NCBI RefSeq assembly: GCF_001194135.2
Contig: NC_068983.1
Coordinates: 144,624,534 to 144,668,000, forward strand
DNA: 43,467 nt
Source of the DNA: Octopus bimaculoides
Lineage: Eukaryota
Direction of reading: 5' to 3'
In this document: positions 26,417-38,640 of the stretch, piece by piece
Position numbering within the stretch: the stretch's first letter is position 1
Layout: each line of letters begins with the position of its first letter
The notes under the pieces: generated by a model
The model's database searches: none
What the model was told of the DNA's origin: nothing
What the model saw: only the letters and a program-made list of their open reading frames with translations
Position numbers and translations under genes: made by a program

Positions 26417-26506
26417 CATTGGTCTAGAGTTAGGTAACGTCAGCAATTAGTGTTTGTAAATCTACATTGGTCTAGAATTAGGTGACATCAGCAACAGGTG
26501 TTTGTA
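26417..26506. repeat. 48-bp tandem duplication
   Basis: CATTGGTCTAGAGTTAGGTAACGTCAGCAA...TGTTTGTA at 26417 and CATTGGTCTAGAATTAGGTGACATCAGCAA...TGTTTGTA at 26465. Confidence 0.8.
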
Positions 26507-26859
26507 TGGTATTATTGTATGGTGAGTTGGAGTTGCGGTTTCGAAACCCGCGTGAAAGACTGTTACTAAAGTTTATTTTTAATTATATCTGTTGTATCTG
26601 GTTGTTTTTTGTGGAGAAATTGGGTCTTTTTTCCTTTTTCTCTTTATTAATTTTATTCTTTCTAAAGGATATTCAGCTGTAGTTTATATTTTTTAATGAG
26701 CATGCTTTCCCTATATAAAAAGAATTGGGTTGAAGTGTTTCCGGTTCATTGATAGAGAGGCAAGATGTGGTATTTCGGGTTTATGTTTGCGGGGAATTGG
26801 CCTAGGTGTTTTCTTACGGGAATTTCCCTGGTCGTGGGGTCCTGGATTTGTTGCCTGTG

Positions 26860-27655
26860 TGGGAGAAGAACGTTCTGTAACCTCCACCAATGACTTGAAG
26901 ATTCATCAAGCTCGAGAGATGTTTCTGGCGAACTGACGGGTGAACCCCGATGAGGTGACATTGTTTTACATACGAAACAATCCACGCCCAGCTTCGCTTC
27001 CGTTAAATCTTTGAGAGCTTGCCGAAACGCATAACCGCAATCGTGTGGAGATCTGTCAAAGCTTACTCGAACCTATAACGATGGGTAGGGGTGGGGTAAC
27101 TAATCACAGGCGACGAGACCTGTGTCCATCACTTCGAGCCATAATCCAGAATGCAGAGTATGGAGTGGAAAGACCTGAAATCACTAGCGATAAAGGGTTT
27201 CAAGTCTCAGCCTTCCGCAGAAAACATAATGCTAACCGTTTTTTTTTTTGTTTCTTTTTGGACTATACTGAAACAGTAACTGGAAAAGGAATCTACAGTC
27301 ACAAGCGTAGGCTACAGTGAAAAACTGGCCAACAAACTGGAACAAGCAATTCGCACGTCTTCTTATTGCCCTAAATTCTACATCGTATTGTTGCACTAAA
27401 TTGCACACCCGGATACAGCCACCCCCACTGTTGAAACAATTTAAAAATTGGATTCTGTATTGACACACTCTCCGCATAAAATTCCTGATCTCGACCCCTC
27501 CGACTATTACCAATTTGAACTGCTCACACATCTTTTACAAGATCGTTGATTTGTTACGGACGAAGATGCACTGGAGATGCTGCATAAATTGCTGCGCGAA
27601 CAGCTAAAAACCTTGTTCTCCGATGGAATAAACAAGCTTGTGGATCCTGGAAATG
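26860..27655 (+). mobile_element. Second decayed mariner transposase (distinct, irritans/Hsmar2-like subfamily), 5'-truncated
   Basis: EERSVTSTNDLKIHQAREMFLAN*RV..DEV; ITGDETCVHHFEP*SRMQSMEWK; QPSAENIMLTVF; PDLDPSDYYQF; LFSDGINKLVD. Multiple stops and frameshifts. Confidence 0.88.
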
Positions 27656-27709
27656 TATGTATCTATGTATGTATGTATTTATGTATGAATGAATGTATGT
27701 ATGAATGTA

Positions 27710-27756
<47 letters not shown>

Positions 27757-27818
27757 ATCAGTAGATTCAGAAAAAATTTTCTGAGATCTCCAAATGATTA
27801 TAGTATATGTATATATAA

Positions 27819-28217
27819 AAGAGACCACTAAGTGGACTAAATGGACTGTTAATGTGCTAGCAGAAGATCACTGAAACATTCTCAAAGAAAAAATTAGCGA
27901 AGCAAAAACATACGAGCGAGACATGTGAAAATTATAGAAATAAAGACCATGGTTTCGAAATCAATATTTTCTTACCGAAAATATCTGTTTCTCCTCAGTA
28001 CAGACTGCCACAGAGATATAATTCACAGGACTGAGGAGAAACAGATATCTTCGGTAAGAAAATATTGATTTCGAAACCATGGTCTACAGATAACCTGATC
28101 TTTATTTCTATAATTTTCAGTAGTCTCGCCCGTATGTTTTTGCTTCGCTAATTTATTCTTTAAGAATTTTTCAGTGATCTTCTTCTAGCACATTAACAGT
28201 CTACTTAGTGGTCTCTT
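27819..28217. mobile_element. ~400-bp hairpin MITE within a (TA)n context
   Basis: Arms 27819-27999 and 28030-28217 are reverse complements (AAGAGACCACTAAGT / ACTTAGTGGTCTCTT) with a 30-nt loop. The right arm has a 16-nt insertion at ~28086-28101. TA repeats flank both sides. Confidence 0.88.
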
Positions 28218-29009
28218 ATATATATATATATANNNNNNNNNNNNNNNNNNNNNNNNNNNNNNNNNNNNNNNNNNNNNNNNNNNNNNNNNNNNNNNNNNNN
28301 NNNNNNNNNNNNNNNNNNNNNNNNNNNNNNNNNNNNNNNNNNNNNNNNNNNNNNNNNNNNNNNNNNNNNNNNNNNNNNNNNNNNNNNNNNNNNNNNNNNN
28401 NNNNNNNNNNNNNNNNNNNNNNNNNNNNNNNNNNNNNNNNNNNNNNNNNNNNNNNNNNNNNNNNNNNNNNNNNNNNNNNNNNNNNNNNNNNNNNNNNNNN
28501 NNNNNNNNNNNNNNNNNNNNNNNNNNNNNNNNNNNNNNNNNNNNNNNNNNNNNNNNNNNNNNNNNNNNNNNNNNNNNNNNNNNNNNNNNNNNNNNNNNNN
28601 NNNNNNNNNNNNNNNNNNNNNNNNNNNNNNNNNNNNNNNNNNNNNNNNNNNNNNNNNNNNNNNNNNNNNNNNNNNNNNNNNNNNNNNNNNNNNNNNNNNN
28701 NNNNNNNNNNNNNNNNNNNNNNNNNNNNNNNNNNNNNNNNNNNNNNNNNNNNNNNNNNNNNNNNNNNNNNNNNNNNNNNNNNNNNNNNNNNNNNNNNNNN
28801 NNNNNNNNNNNNNNNNNNNNNNNNNNNNNNNNNNNNNNNNNNNNNNNNNNNNNNNNNNNNNNNNNNNNNNNNNNNNNNNNNNNNNNNNNNNNNNNNNNNN
28901 NNNNNNNNNNNNNNNNNNNNNNNNNNNNNNNNNNNNNNNNNNNNNNNNNNNNNATATATATATATATATATATAGATATATATATTCAAATTTATAGAAA
29001 AACAAAGGC

Positions 29010-29110
29010 GGAGAGAGGTGTAGGAACAACAAACAAGTCTATTAGTTTGACGCTCGGGAAAAATGGAAAGGTCTTTTACGTTTCGAGCTTACGTTCTTCG
29101 ACCGAAATGA
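29010..29110 (-). mobile_element. PLE pLTR-like remnant with degenerate hammerhead motif
   Basis: Minus strand: TTT-CGGTCGA-A-GAAC-GTAA-GCTC-GAAAC-GT-A-AAAGAC, the same architecture as 15368-15406 but with core substitutions. Confidence 0.4.
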
Positions 29111-29623
29111 ATAAGACGAAATAAATAGAGAGAGAATGAAAACAAGGTGTTGAGTTCAGTGGTTCAAATACATATGTTTATGACAGGCGTAATAATATCC
29201 CATATACTTTTTCGCTCACATGTCCATACACACATATACGCAGATATATGTAAAGATATGCATTTGTGTTACGTTTGTGATATGTAACTTAAAGAAGATG
29301 ATCTCTCCGAAACGTTGTTTGTTGATTAGAGCTACACGGAATTAAAGTCAGTCAAGAGAACACGAAGTTCTGATCAATTACCGCAACCAGAATGCAGTGA
29401 TACCACGTGGAGCGCGAAGGGTACAACCTTGTTAAAATGGTTAAACTACACATCGTAGACCCCCCTATGACCAAGGGCTGCTAAATTACAAATATTAAAT
29501 TCAAAATGTAGCCTAACTTCATCTATAATTATGGAACTTGACTGTCACATACAAGATCTGTTCGAACGGCGTTTCCACAAATCTCAATTTACACAATTCT
29601 TTGGTGACTCCTCACAATTGAGG

Positions 29624-29996
29624 TTGTTGGCACTCCGTCGCTTACGACGTTGAGGGTTCCAGTTGATCCGATCAACGGAACAGCCTGCTCGTGAAATTAA
29701 CGTGCAAGTGGCTGAGCACTCCACAGACACATGTACTCTTAACGTAGTTCTCGCGGATATTCAGCGTGACAAGGATGACCCTTTGAACTACAGGCACAAC
29801 AGAAACAGGAAGTAAGAATGAGAGAAAGTTGTGGTGGAAGAGTACAGTAGGGTTCTCCACCATCCCCTGCCGGAGTCTCGTGGAGCTTTAGGTGTTTTCG
29901 CGCAATAAACACTCACAACGCCCGGTCTGGGAATCGAAACCGCGATCCTATGACCACGACACCGCTGCCCTAACCACTGGGCCATTGCGCCTCCAC
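29624..29996 (-). mobile_element. tRNA-derived SINE, family A, full length with 12-13-bp target-site duplication
   Basis: Reverse complement of 2603-2997 with B-box GGTTTCGATTCCC; CTCACAATTGAGG at 29611-29623 and 29996-30008. Confidence 0.92.
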
Positions 29997-30313
29997 TCAC
30001 AATTGAGGACCAGTTAAGTAATATTGCCTATTCAGGTGGATATAATAAAGTGCGAGTTAAGTACTATGGTCGAATTGACTAACGCCTTCCATAACAAATT
30101 TCAGGTCTTGCTTCATTATAATAAGCATCTTATTTCTTAAAGAAAGATATATATTACAAAAGTGCTTTCAATGATTTATACGATGCAGTAAAAAAGCTTC
30201 TATTCAACGGATGTAGTCAATAAATTTTAATCGATTTGTTTGCAAATTCAATGAGCTGTCGTAATGCTCAATTAACTACATTATGTATATACAAGTGTAT
30301 ATAATATAGGCAA

Positions 30314-30512
30314 GGCGGCGAACTGGCAAGAACGTTAGCACGCCGGGCGAAATGCTTAGCGGTGTTTCTGTCTTACGTTCTGAGTTCAAATTCGACTTTG
30401 CTTTCTTCCTTTTGGGGTCGATAAATTAAGTACCAGTTGCGTACTGGGTCGATCTAATCGACTGGTCCTCTCCCCCAAAATTTCGGGCCTTGTACCTAGA
30501 GTAGAAAAGAAT
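30314..30512 (+). mobile_element. tRNA-derived SINE, family B, near full length
   Basis: GGCGGCGAACTGGCAAGAACGTTAGCACGCCGGGCG head; B-box-like GAGTTCAAATTC; homologous copies at 11546 and 12282. Confidence 0.85.
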
Positions 30513-30525
30513 ATGTATTATAGTT

Positions 30526-30697
30526 TGTATGGTAAAATTTTTGCCTCCTAACCAAGTGGTTCCGGGTTCATTCCTACTACGTCGCATCTTGGGCAAGTGC
30601 TTTCTACTACAGCCTCCGGCCAGGCAAAAGCTTGGTAGTATATTTGGTAGAGGAACATTGACAGAAACTCATCGTATATAAATGTATATACATATAT

Positions 30698-30742
<45 letters not shown>

Positions 30743-30930
30743 TTTGTACCTCACCTCTTGACAAGTGTTGCTGTATTTGTATCCCCGTAACTTAAGGGTT
30801 TGTCCAAAGTGACCGATAGAATAAGTACCAGGCATGAAAAAAAGTACTGAGATCGATTCGTTGGACTAAAATTCTTGAAGGCGGTACTCCAGCGTGGCCG
30901 CAGTCTAATGAAAGAAGTAAAAGATAAAAT
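30526..30930 (+). mobile_element. SINE family C (CORE-like segment, internal (GT)n, AAGTAAAAGA tail)
   Basis: GTGGTTCCGGGTTCATTCC B-box-like motif followed by CATCTTGGGCAAGTGC (resembles the CORE domain ACCTTGGGCAAGT); 3' end matches 10124-10186. Confidence 0.8.
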
Positions 30931-31146
30931 ATGTATATGTATATTAGCATACTCACAAGTACAATATACACACATTTCCTCAAACATATAAATTTATATA
31001 CCTGTATATATGTATATAATATACAAACACACACACTTACACACACTCACATATGTATTTATACATGTATATAGGATTACGTTGTATAAAAATTTCATGC
31101 ATTTATATGTTAAGTTAAGGTAGTTATTAAATATTGAATTTCATCA

Positions 31147-31168
31147 GTGACTTTTGGGACACCCTGTA
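31147..31168 (-). mobile_element. Solo Tc1/mariner-type terminal inverted repeat remnant
   Basis: Reverse complement TA-CAGGGTGTCCCAAAAGTCAC resembles Tc1/mariner MITE termini with a TA target. No partner TIR seen. Confidence 0.35.
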
Positions 31169-33637
31169 TAAGGCAAACACTATTTCAGTGTATTCTATTA
31201 CATATTTTCAACTTATTTATATGCAATCGCAGAATTGCCATAATTTTCTTAGAGAAACCATAGGTACATCATATGGTGAACAATTTATTATTTTACTCTT
31301 GTTACTCTAACCCCACTAAGGGTCAGAACACCAAAGTATATTAAGTTTCCAAGTCTGTTTATTTACTAAAACTAGTGAATCATAAAATCAATAAATCAAT
31401 AATTCGCGATGTTCTACGACCGTATGGATTTGTGTTCAATGAAAATGTAACATTTTTCAATATTTTTCAACATAACTAATGAGCTAAAGTCAAACTGCAC
31501 TGCATAGTAACTTGACGTTGTAGAAGTAGCAACCAAATCTCTCTCGTCGGGTAATGTAATCCTAGATATATTATTCCAGGAAATAACTACAATTAGGGAT
31601 TCGCTAAGAACATTTTTGATCATAGGTCTGTTTATCAATTCTAAATTGCGATGAAACTGCTAGAGCAAAAAGAAAATGCCAGTAATAACAACGAAAACAC
31701 TATCGATTGTCTCAGCAACAACAGTAATAACTACTGCAACAACACAAAAAATATGGAATAAATAGTTGTGATAACCACAACAATAGCAATTACAACACCA
31801 GCACTACTTAGTGTTTAGAAATAGCAGCTGAGCAGCTTTCAAATCAAACCAATCCGTATTAGACATCGGAGAATACACTGAATAATTAAGTGTTAGATAC
31901 TTCTCTTATGACTGGAATGCGTTTGGTCATAGATTTGTTCAGCGAAAGCTGACTTGGAACTGAACAACGAATATCATCATCGTCTTCATTAGAACTACGC
32001 ATTGATTGGTTAATATGGTTGTGGCTGTAGAGTGTTTGAGAAAAAAACAAGGGATAGACATGGATGGAGTGATTTTAGTCATAGGCTAGCACAATTAAAA
32101 TAGATGTTTGTATTGTAATGGATAGAAATGACAATTCAGATCACAAAGAAACAGCAGAAGTAATTGTATTCCCCTAAGCTACTCTAGTTTAAAGCTATCA
32201 ATTGTTTTTTCAGATAGCTTAATTAATATTCTGTACTTTTTACTTCGTACGTGTCATTCTCAGAAGTGATATATCATTATATTGTTGAAACTAGTACTGT
32301 TGCGTCTAAATCTATTGTTTCTCTCCTGTAGGCTTATGATTTCGTAAAAGTTTGAAAAACAAATATATTAGTTTTATTTCATTTTATGTTCAATTGGTTC
32401 AAATTTATTTCATTTTTGTTATCCTTTTTTTACAACATCTCCAACTTTACATCATTTCCAACTTTATATGCTATCTTTGAGATACACTATATACTAATAG
32501 AAATAGATTTGAAGAAAGTTGTGATAAATATTCCAAGAGCAAAATATATTATTCTCCACTTATAATAAAGTATATTACCTTCAGTGAGATGTAACACTAT
32601 TAAGATTTAAACCTCAGTGATATATACGGTGTATAATTCTTCAATTTTATCCCTCCAGTGTTCAATTATCTTGCATTCAACAGCGAAATTAACTTTCTGC
32701 ATTAAGGTATTATAAGCTTATTTTCTTGAAGACTTGTGAATACTTTGATTAATGATTAACGTGTCTAGATATTTGCAAACCAATGAGACTGTTTCCAACA
32801 AAAGTTGATAATTCGTTACTATTTTTAATTATTAGGATTCAGATGTCATTAAAAAATATTTCAACTCAACAATTAATATTAATCCTCTTTATACGAGGAC
32901 TATAATTAGTTTCTTTTTATATTCAGCAACATAATGTAAGTTATGTAAGTAATAATGTTAGTCATGTTGTAAGGGAAACTTGAAATTAATAAGATAGTCT
33001 TTGCATTAAGATATATTTCGTTACTTCAGTAGAAGACTATATAATATTCTCGTGAATGATGTCCAACGAGATGCTTCTGAACATAATATTCTTTTTCTCT
33101 AATACAATATCTTACACTCCCTGATGAATTATTTGATAGTCATTTGCCGTTCCAAACCATCACTAGTTTCCTCAGATACTTTTTTTTATTTACGATTATT
33201 TCTTAGTATATGTTTTAAAATATTTAATTATTTCAAGAATAAATCTCTGATTACTTGGTGTGTTGTAGAAGCTAAATCAACGATTAGACATTTTTTACAT
33301 TTCTAGTCCAAATGTGACAGCTATGTCTAGACAGCTATCAGTGAATACGTCTAATTGATAAAAAGAAATTAAAGATAAAATATTAACTTTATAAAAAAAA
33401 TTAAATTCAATATGTAAACTCTGCCAGAAAATATCAAAAATAATTATATTATCAATTAACTAAGTTCTGAAACTTCAACTCTTCAATCAAATACTAAGGA
33501 AATGCAATTGGTCATATATAACCGACTTTTTAAATGATGTATCCCTCCAGGTCTTATAATTTATTACAAGATTCTCACAATACATATCCTCAGCTATTCG
33601 TCAGGAACTTTTATAAAAAATATCTCATCACAAGTGC

Positions 33638-33800
<163 letters not shown>

Positions 33801-33869
33801 ACATGTAATGTATATAGCTATATATGTCATTAAATTTCCGTTGTCTACCTATCCCCTTCCATCATAGTT

Positions 33870-34620
33870 TTCCCTCATGCTCCAGTGTTGGGTAGTTTCT
33901 TTAATAGGATCCTATGGTCAACATTGTCAAAGGTTGCTGAAGTAAAGATAGATGACGTCTGCATTGGACCCCTCTCACAGAGTCTTTAGGATGTCATCAA
34001 AGCGAAGCAGCAGCTGCATTTAGTGATCCTTGTCATTGGGGAGACCGTACTGATTGGGAATAAGTTGCCTGTTTGTTACCTGGAAGTGAGTCACTGAAGA
34101 TCTTACCACTCTGTCAAATAATTTGATGATACGAGATACAAGTGAGGTCGGTTGGTAATTCACTGCATGCGACTTGTCGGGTTTTTTTTTTTGACTAGCA
34201 CAATGGACTGAGGAAATTAGCCAGCGTCGTGATTTCTTCCAGACAATAGCTAGACCGAATTCCAGTTGATATCGTCACTCCTTCAGGATTCTGACGGGAA
34301 CTTGTCGGGGCATGCAGATGTGTTGTCTGTAATTTTGTTAATAGCTGCTATGATATACGGGGTACCGAATGATATATCGGATATGGTGTGCTGGGGTTTT
34401 GTTTCACCGATGCTGTCAGAATTAACCATGTCGGAATTGTTGAAAGTGGAGCGGTATTGCTTCTGCAGAATCGCAAGCATGCTTTCTGCACTACTTATGC
34501 AGAGGTGCAACAGACCCGTTGGGATTGAGTTTATATCAATGGCCCACTTTTCTTCTACTTCTCTGTGACCATCGATATTTTGAAGCGGGTTTAACAATAA
34601 CAAGAGATCAGTTACTGATA
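33870..34620 (-). mobile_element. CR1/L2/Jockey-superclade LINE reverse transcriptase remnant
   Basis: Minus-strand translation: AINKITDNTSACPDKFP...VNYQPTSLVSRIIKLFDRVV...NQYG...QLLLRFDDILKTL*EGSNADVIYLYFSN/FDNVDHRILLKKL, matching NYRPISL and IYLDFxKAFDxVxH RT motifs. Stops and frameshifts present. Confidence 0.85.
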
Positions 34621-35129
34621 GTGAATTTCAGTACTGAGAGCAGAATTAGATATAATTATAGAATTTGCGTTGAATAGTACTTTCAATTTCACCTGGCGAC
34701 ATATTGTACGAGGTAAACAAACCGTCAGTCAAAATTTTAAATTCCATTCAACACGAAATTTATAACAATATACTTTATGTGTACGCTTCTGTTGTATACG
34801 ATTTTGTATATGAGAGCTTATATGTAAATCTAACCTTATGTAACCTTTAAAGAAAACAGTATACTTGTCAGTCAAAATAGCGTATGCGTGCCTGTCGGCA
34901 TATACGTTCGTCGAAGAAGGTCTATACAAGAATGTTATCTAATGTAAATAGCTAATTCTCCCTCAAACAACAGCCTTTTGTTTTTTAAAAGAAGAGACTG
35001 ATTTATATAACCCAAAATACATTGTCTCAAAACGAAAACAGACTGTCACTGGTGCAATATCTCTGACCGTTACTCCTCTTAATTAGGTCTTACCTGCGAT
35101 TTAACGACGGCAACTTAAATATATGGCTG

Positions 35130-35260
35130 TGCAGCTACGAAATTCACTTCGCAATTACTTGATTTCTGGTTCAATTCCACTGCACGGCAGCTTCAGCAGG
35201 TGTATAGCCCTGGGATGACAATGCATTATGAATGAAGCTCGTCGTATAAGCGTTTCTGAG
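35130..35260 (+). mobile_element. SINE family C, old degenerate copy
   Basis: TCTGGTTCAATTCCACTGCACGGCAGCTTCAGCAGGTG...TATAGCCCTGGG resembles 30555-30620. Confidence 0.45.
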
Positions 35261-36327
35261 TGTTTCACGTTTGTTTCCACATTGCCTGACATCCGGTGTT
35301 AGTTTATTTACGTTTCCATAGTGAAACGGCTCAGTAATATGAAGCGATGTAATAAATGTAAGCACTGAGGTATATTTATTCGATGAAACATTTCGAAACT
35401 AAAACAAGTAAGAATAAAATGCAAACGAAAAATGCATGTTGACGTGTGAACGCATGACTATTACGTAGCAGTTGTTCTGAATCTAACGTAATTGCATTAA
35501 TGTTATTGTGTGTATATATGTATGTGTATGGCAGAGAAATTGAAAAGCAAAGAGAAATACAATACGGATTTCTATAAGCCGTTGTAATAAATTTGTAACC
35601 TTGTGCGTTTTGTAAGAAGACTTTAGGAATAGGTAATAAAATTAATGTATTGTCAGCATGTCAAATGACTTTCTATGCAATCACATTAAAATATATATGA
35701 TTGTACAGTTGCAGGATGTTTTTGGTTAAATGCACATTTAAAAAAAAGAATCCATATTTGTGTGTGTTTGTTAGCACATATTTTTCCGAAAGTGTTTGCA
35801 TGAATTGCTAAAATATAACTATATAAGAATGTATATATATATATTCCTTTGTTGATGATTTAGTCTTTAAGATCAAAGGTAAATTCAATCTTGAATGTCA
35901 ATATGATAGTAAAAGATGACATTCTAGTATGTGCCGTTAGAAGCAATAAGTATAGACACTCATAGGCATGCGTGTGAAGATGTATACATGTGTATTAGTG
36001 AAATGAGTGATTCATGCTTTGCAACCATTTTATCTAGAAAATAAAAGGAACTTGAGTGACTGCACTCATTCATAATTATATAAGCTATTCTTCTAAATGT
36101 GGCTCCTTGTACTTATGTTAGAAATCATTATACATATAGAGCATATGCTTATTCCAAGATGACTTTGCCGAAACTTTAGAGCGTTGAAGTAATAAACCCA
36201 GATCCCATCAAAGCCGCCTTTCTCTTTCATCTTTCATGTACTTTGATCAGTATAATGGACTGTTACTCTCTCGTACATATGTTAGAAACAGTTATTACTA
36301 TATATCCCTTTGTTTTTTATTTTGCAG

Positions 36328-36477
36328 CTACAATCTATGCCAGCTTTTTGATTCCTTGCCAAACAGAAAATGCATTTACCTGCGATGAAACCAGTAAAGA
36401 ATGTATATCAGCTGAGCAAAAGTGCAATGGTATCAGCGAATGCAGCAATGGATTTGATGAAAGTGTTAAGACGTGTG
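36328..36477 (+). CDS. Internal exon encoding one LDL-receptor class A (LDLa) module
   Basis: Acceptor tttattttgcag, donor G|gtaagt; 150 nt, phase 1-1. Peptide ...IPCQTENAFTCDETSKECISAEQKCNGISECSNGFDESVKTC has six Cys with LDLa spacing, F before C2, I after C3 and a C-terminal acidic DE motif. Confidence 0.9.
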
Positions 36478-36705
36478 GTAAGTTTTATGCGATTAACTAT
36501 TCTGCTTACAGTGCGACAAATTATAAGTAACTATGTGTATTATTAACTGTGTATCCGATCGTATAGTTATTTGTAAAAATATCACTTAACACCGATCTTT
36601 CTCTATGAAAAATGTAAGGATATGTACATAATCACACACGCATGCACATAGGCTCAAAGACATACATACAGAAACACACAGACACACACACACACACATA
36701 TAAAT

Positions 36706-36751
<46 letters not shown>

Positions 36752-37356
36752 NNNNNNNNNNNNNNNNNNNNNNNNNNNNNNNNNNNNNNNNNNNNNNNNN
36801 NNNNNNNNNNNNNNNNNNNNNNNNNNNNNNNNNNNNNNNNNNNNNNNNNNNNNNNNNNNNNNNNNNNNNNNNNNNNNNNNNNNNNNNNNNNNNNNNNNNN
36901 NNNNNNNNNNNNNNNNNNNNNNNNNNNNNNNNNNNNNNNNNNNNNNNNNNNNNNNNNNNNNNNNNNNNNNNNNNNNNNNNNNNNNNNNNNNNNNNNNNNN
37001 NNNNNNNNNNNNNNNNNNNNNNNNNNNNNNNNNNNNNNNNNNNNNNNNNNNNNNNNNNNNNNNNNNNNNNNNNNNNNNNNNNNNNNNNNNNNNNNNNNNN
37101 NNNNNNNNNNNNNNNNNNNNNNNNNNNNNNNNNNNNNNNNNNNNNNNNNNNNNNNNNNNNNNNNNNNNNNNNNNNNNNNNNNNNNNNNNNNNNNNNNNNN
37201 NNNNNNNNNNNNNNNNNNNNNNNNNNNNNNNNNNNNNNNNNNNNNNNNNNNNNNNNNNNNNNNNNNNNNNNNNNNNNNNNNNNNNNNNNNNNNNNNNNNN
37301 NNNNNNNNNNNNNNNNNNNNNNNNNNNNNNNNNNNTATGTTACTGAACATTTTGAG

Positions 37357-37421
<65 letters not shown>

Positions 37422-37789
37422 TTTTATATCATTAATATATTTATAAAATTATCAATAATATTCACAGGAAATCAATATTCAAATTTCGAAAGATATATGT
37501 CTAATATAACATGATAATATTTTGAATTATAATTAAATTAAAATTTAAGATATACGAAATATAAATATAAATATATATAAAAATATAAATGTACATAAAG
37601 ATATATGTGTATATAAATGCATGTAAAAATTCATGCGTAATTGAGTATAAATATTATAAAGTCTAAAAATTAAAAAATTAAAAAATTAAACATCTGACGA
37701 TCGTTTCACGGACATTATTGCAACCACAATGTAATCAAAAGATAAGCATACACAATCTCAGAATGTTGGACGTTAGGGTACCTTAAATC

Positions 37790-38640
37790 CTATCACCCAT
37801 TTCTGTCCCTCAAGTCTTCCATTGCCGATTTCATGAATTCCATTGCACCCGTTATTCTCCTTTGTACGATGCAGCATTCATCGCAAACAGTTATTTAACA
37901 TCTTTTAAGAACTTGTTAGGTTTCTGAATTCTGGAAAATTCTTGTCAAAGTTGCAAAGAATTATATGATTTTTTACCGTCTGAGAGAAGCTTAATAGCAG
38001 AATGACCTTTATGGCTGTCAGGAAAGAATATAGAAGCAATACCTGTATAAACAATTATAATATCTATAGCTTGGTGTCTACAGGCTTTGACAGTATAATA
38101 GACCGATTAGAAATGGTTTTCCACTTCCACCCGGACCATCGGGAAAGCGGATTCTTTCTTCTGTCGAGACCTCTCAAAAGTATCAGATTATTTTTCTCTC
38201 CAGGTTTGTACTGTGTTTGGGTAATTGCCGTTTACATATGCTAATAATGTGTCAAAAGTGATGGCTCTCTCTAAAAATCCTTGTTGTCGGATTATTGACT
38301 TCTCTGAAGCTAAGTTACTCGAGGTTGTGTTTTTGATGAACTTATTGATGAGAGATGCAGTGTAGATTTAATCTACATATTCTATCTCCATATAGCGGCT
38401 TGATGCTTGAAATTTCCGGTATCAGGCGGTTGAATTTGTGCAAGAGCCGAGAAAATGAATGGTTCCCAAAATGAACAGTAAAACTCTTGGTTCTTTGAGA
38501 CACAATTTTCTGACAATGCGACATCCTAGTTGGGATGTAAGGGAAAGTAGAACTTGGCAGATTTTGAAATTAGAATATAAATACTGGAAGACATTTTCCG
38601 GTGCCCTAACGATTCTGCAAATTCGATACCTAGGCAATAG
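37790..38640 (-). mobile_element. Possible very old DNA-transposon (hAT-like) coding remnant
   Basis: Non-repetitive, codon-like island with scattered stops. Fragments VFQYLYSNFK...QLG...KL, GHSAIKLL and LRYPNV loosely recall hAT transposase. No decisive motif. Confidence 0.2.

Noticed and set aside
25844-26506. CRISPR-like arrays
   Set aside because: Only two-unit tandem duplications without unique spacers; eukaryotic context; no cas genes.
26946-26992. CCGATGAG...GAAAC hammerhead-like motif
   Set aside because: It lies inside the mariner coding remnant (RV..DEV) and lacks convincing stems.
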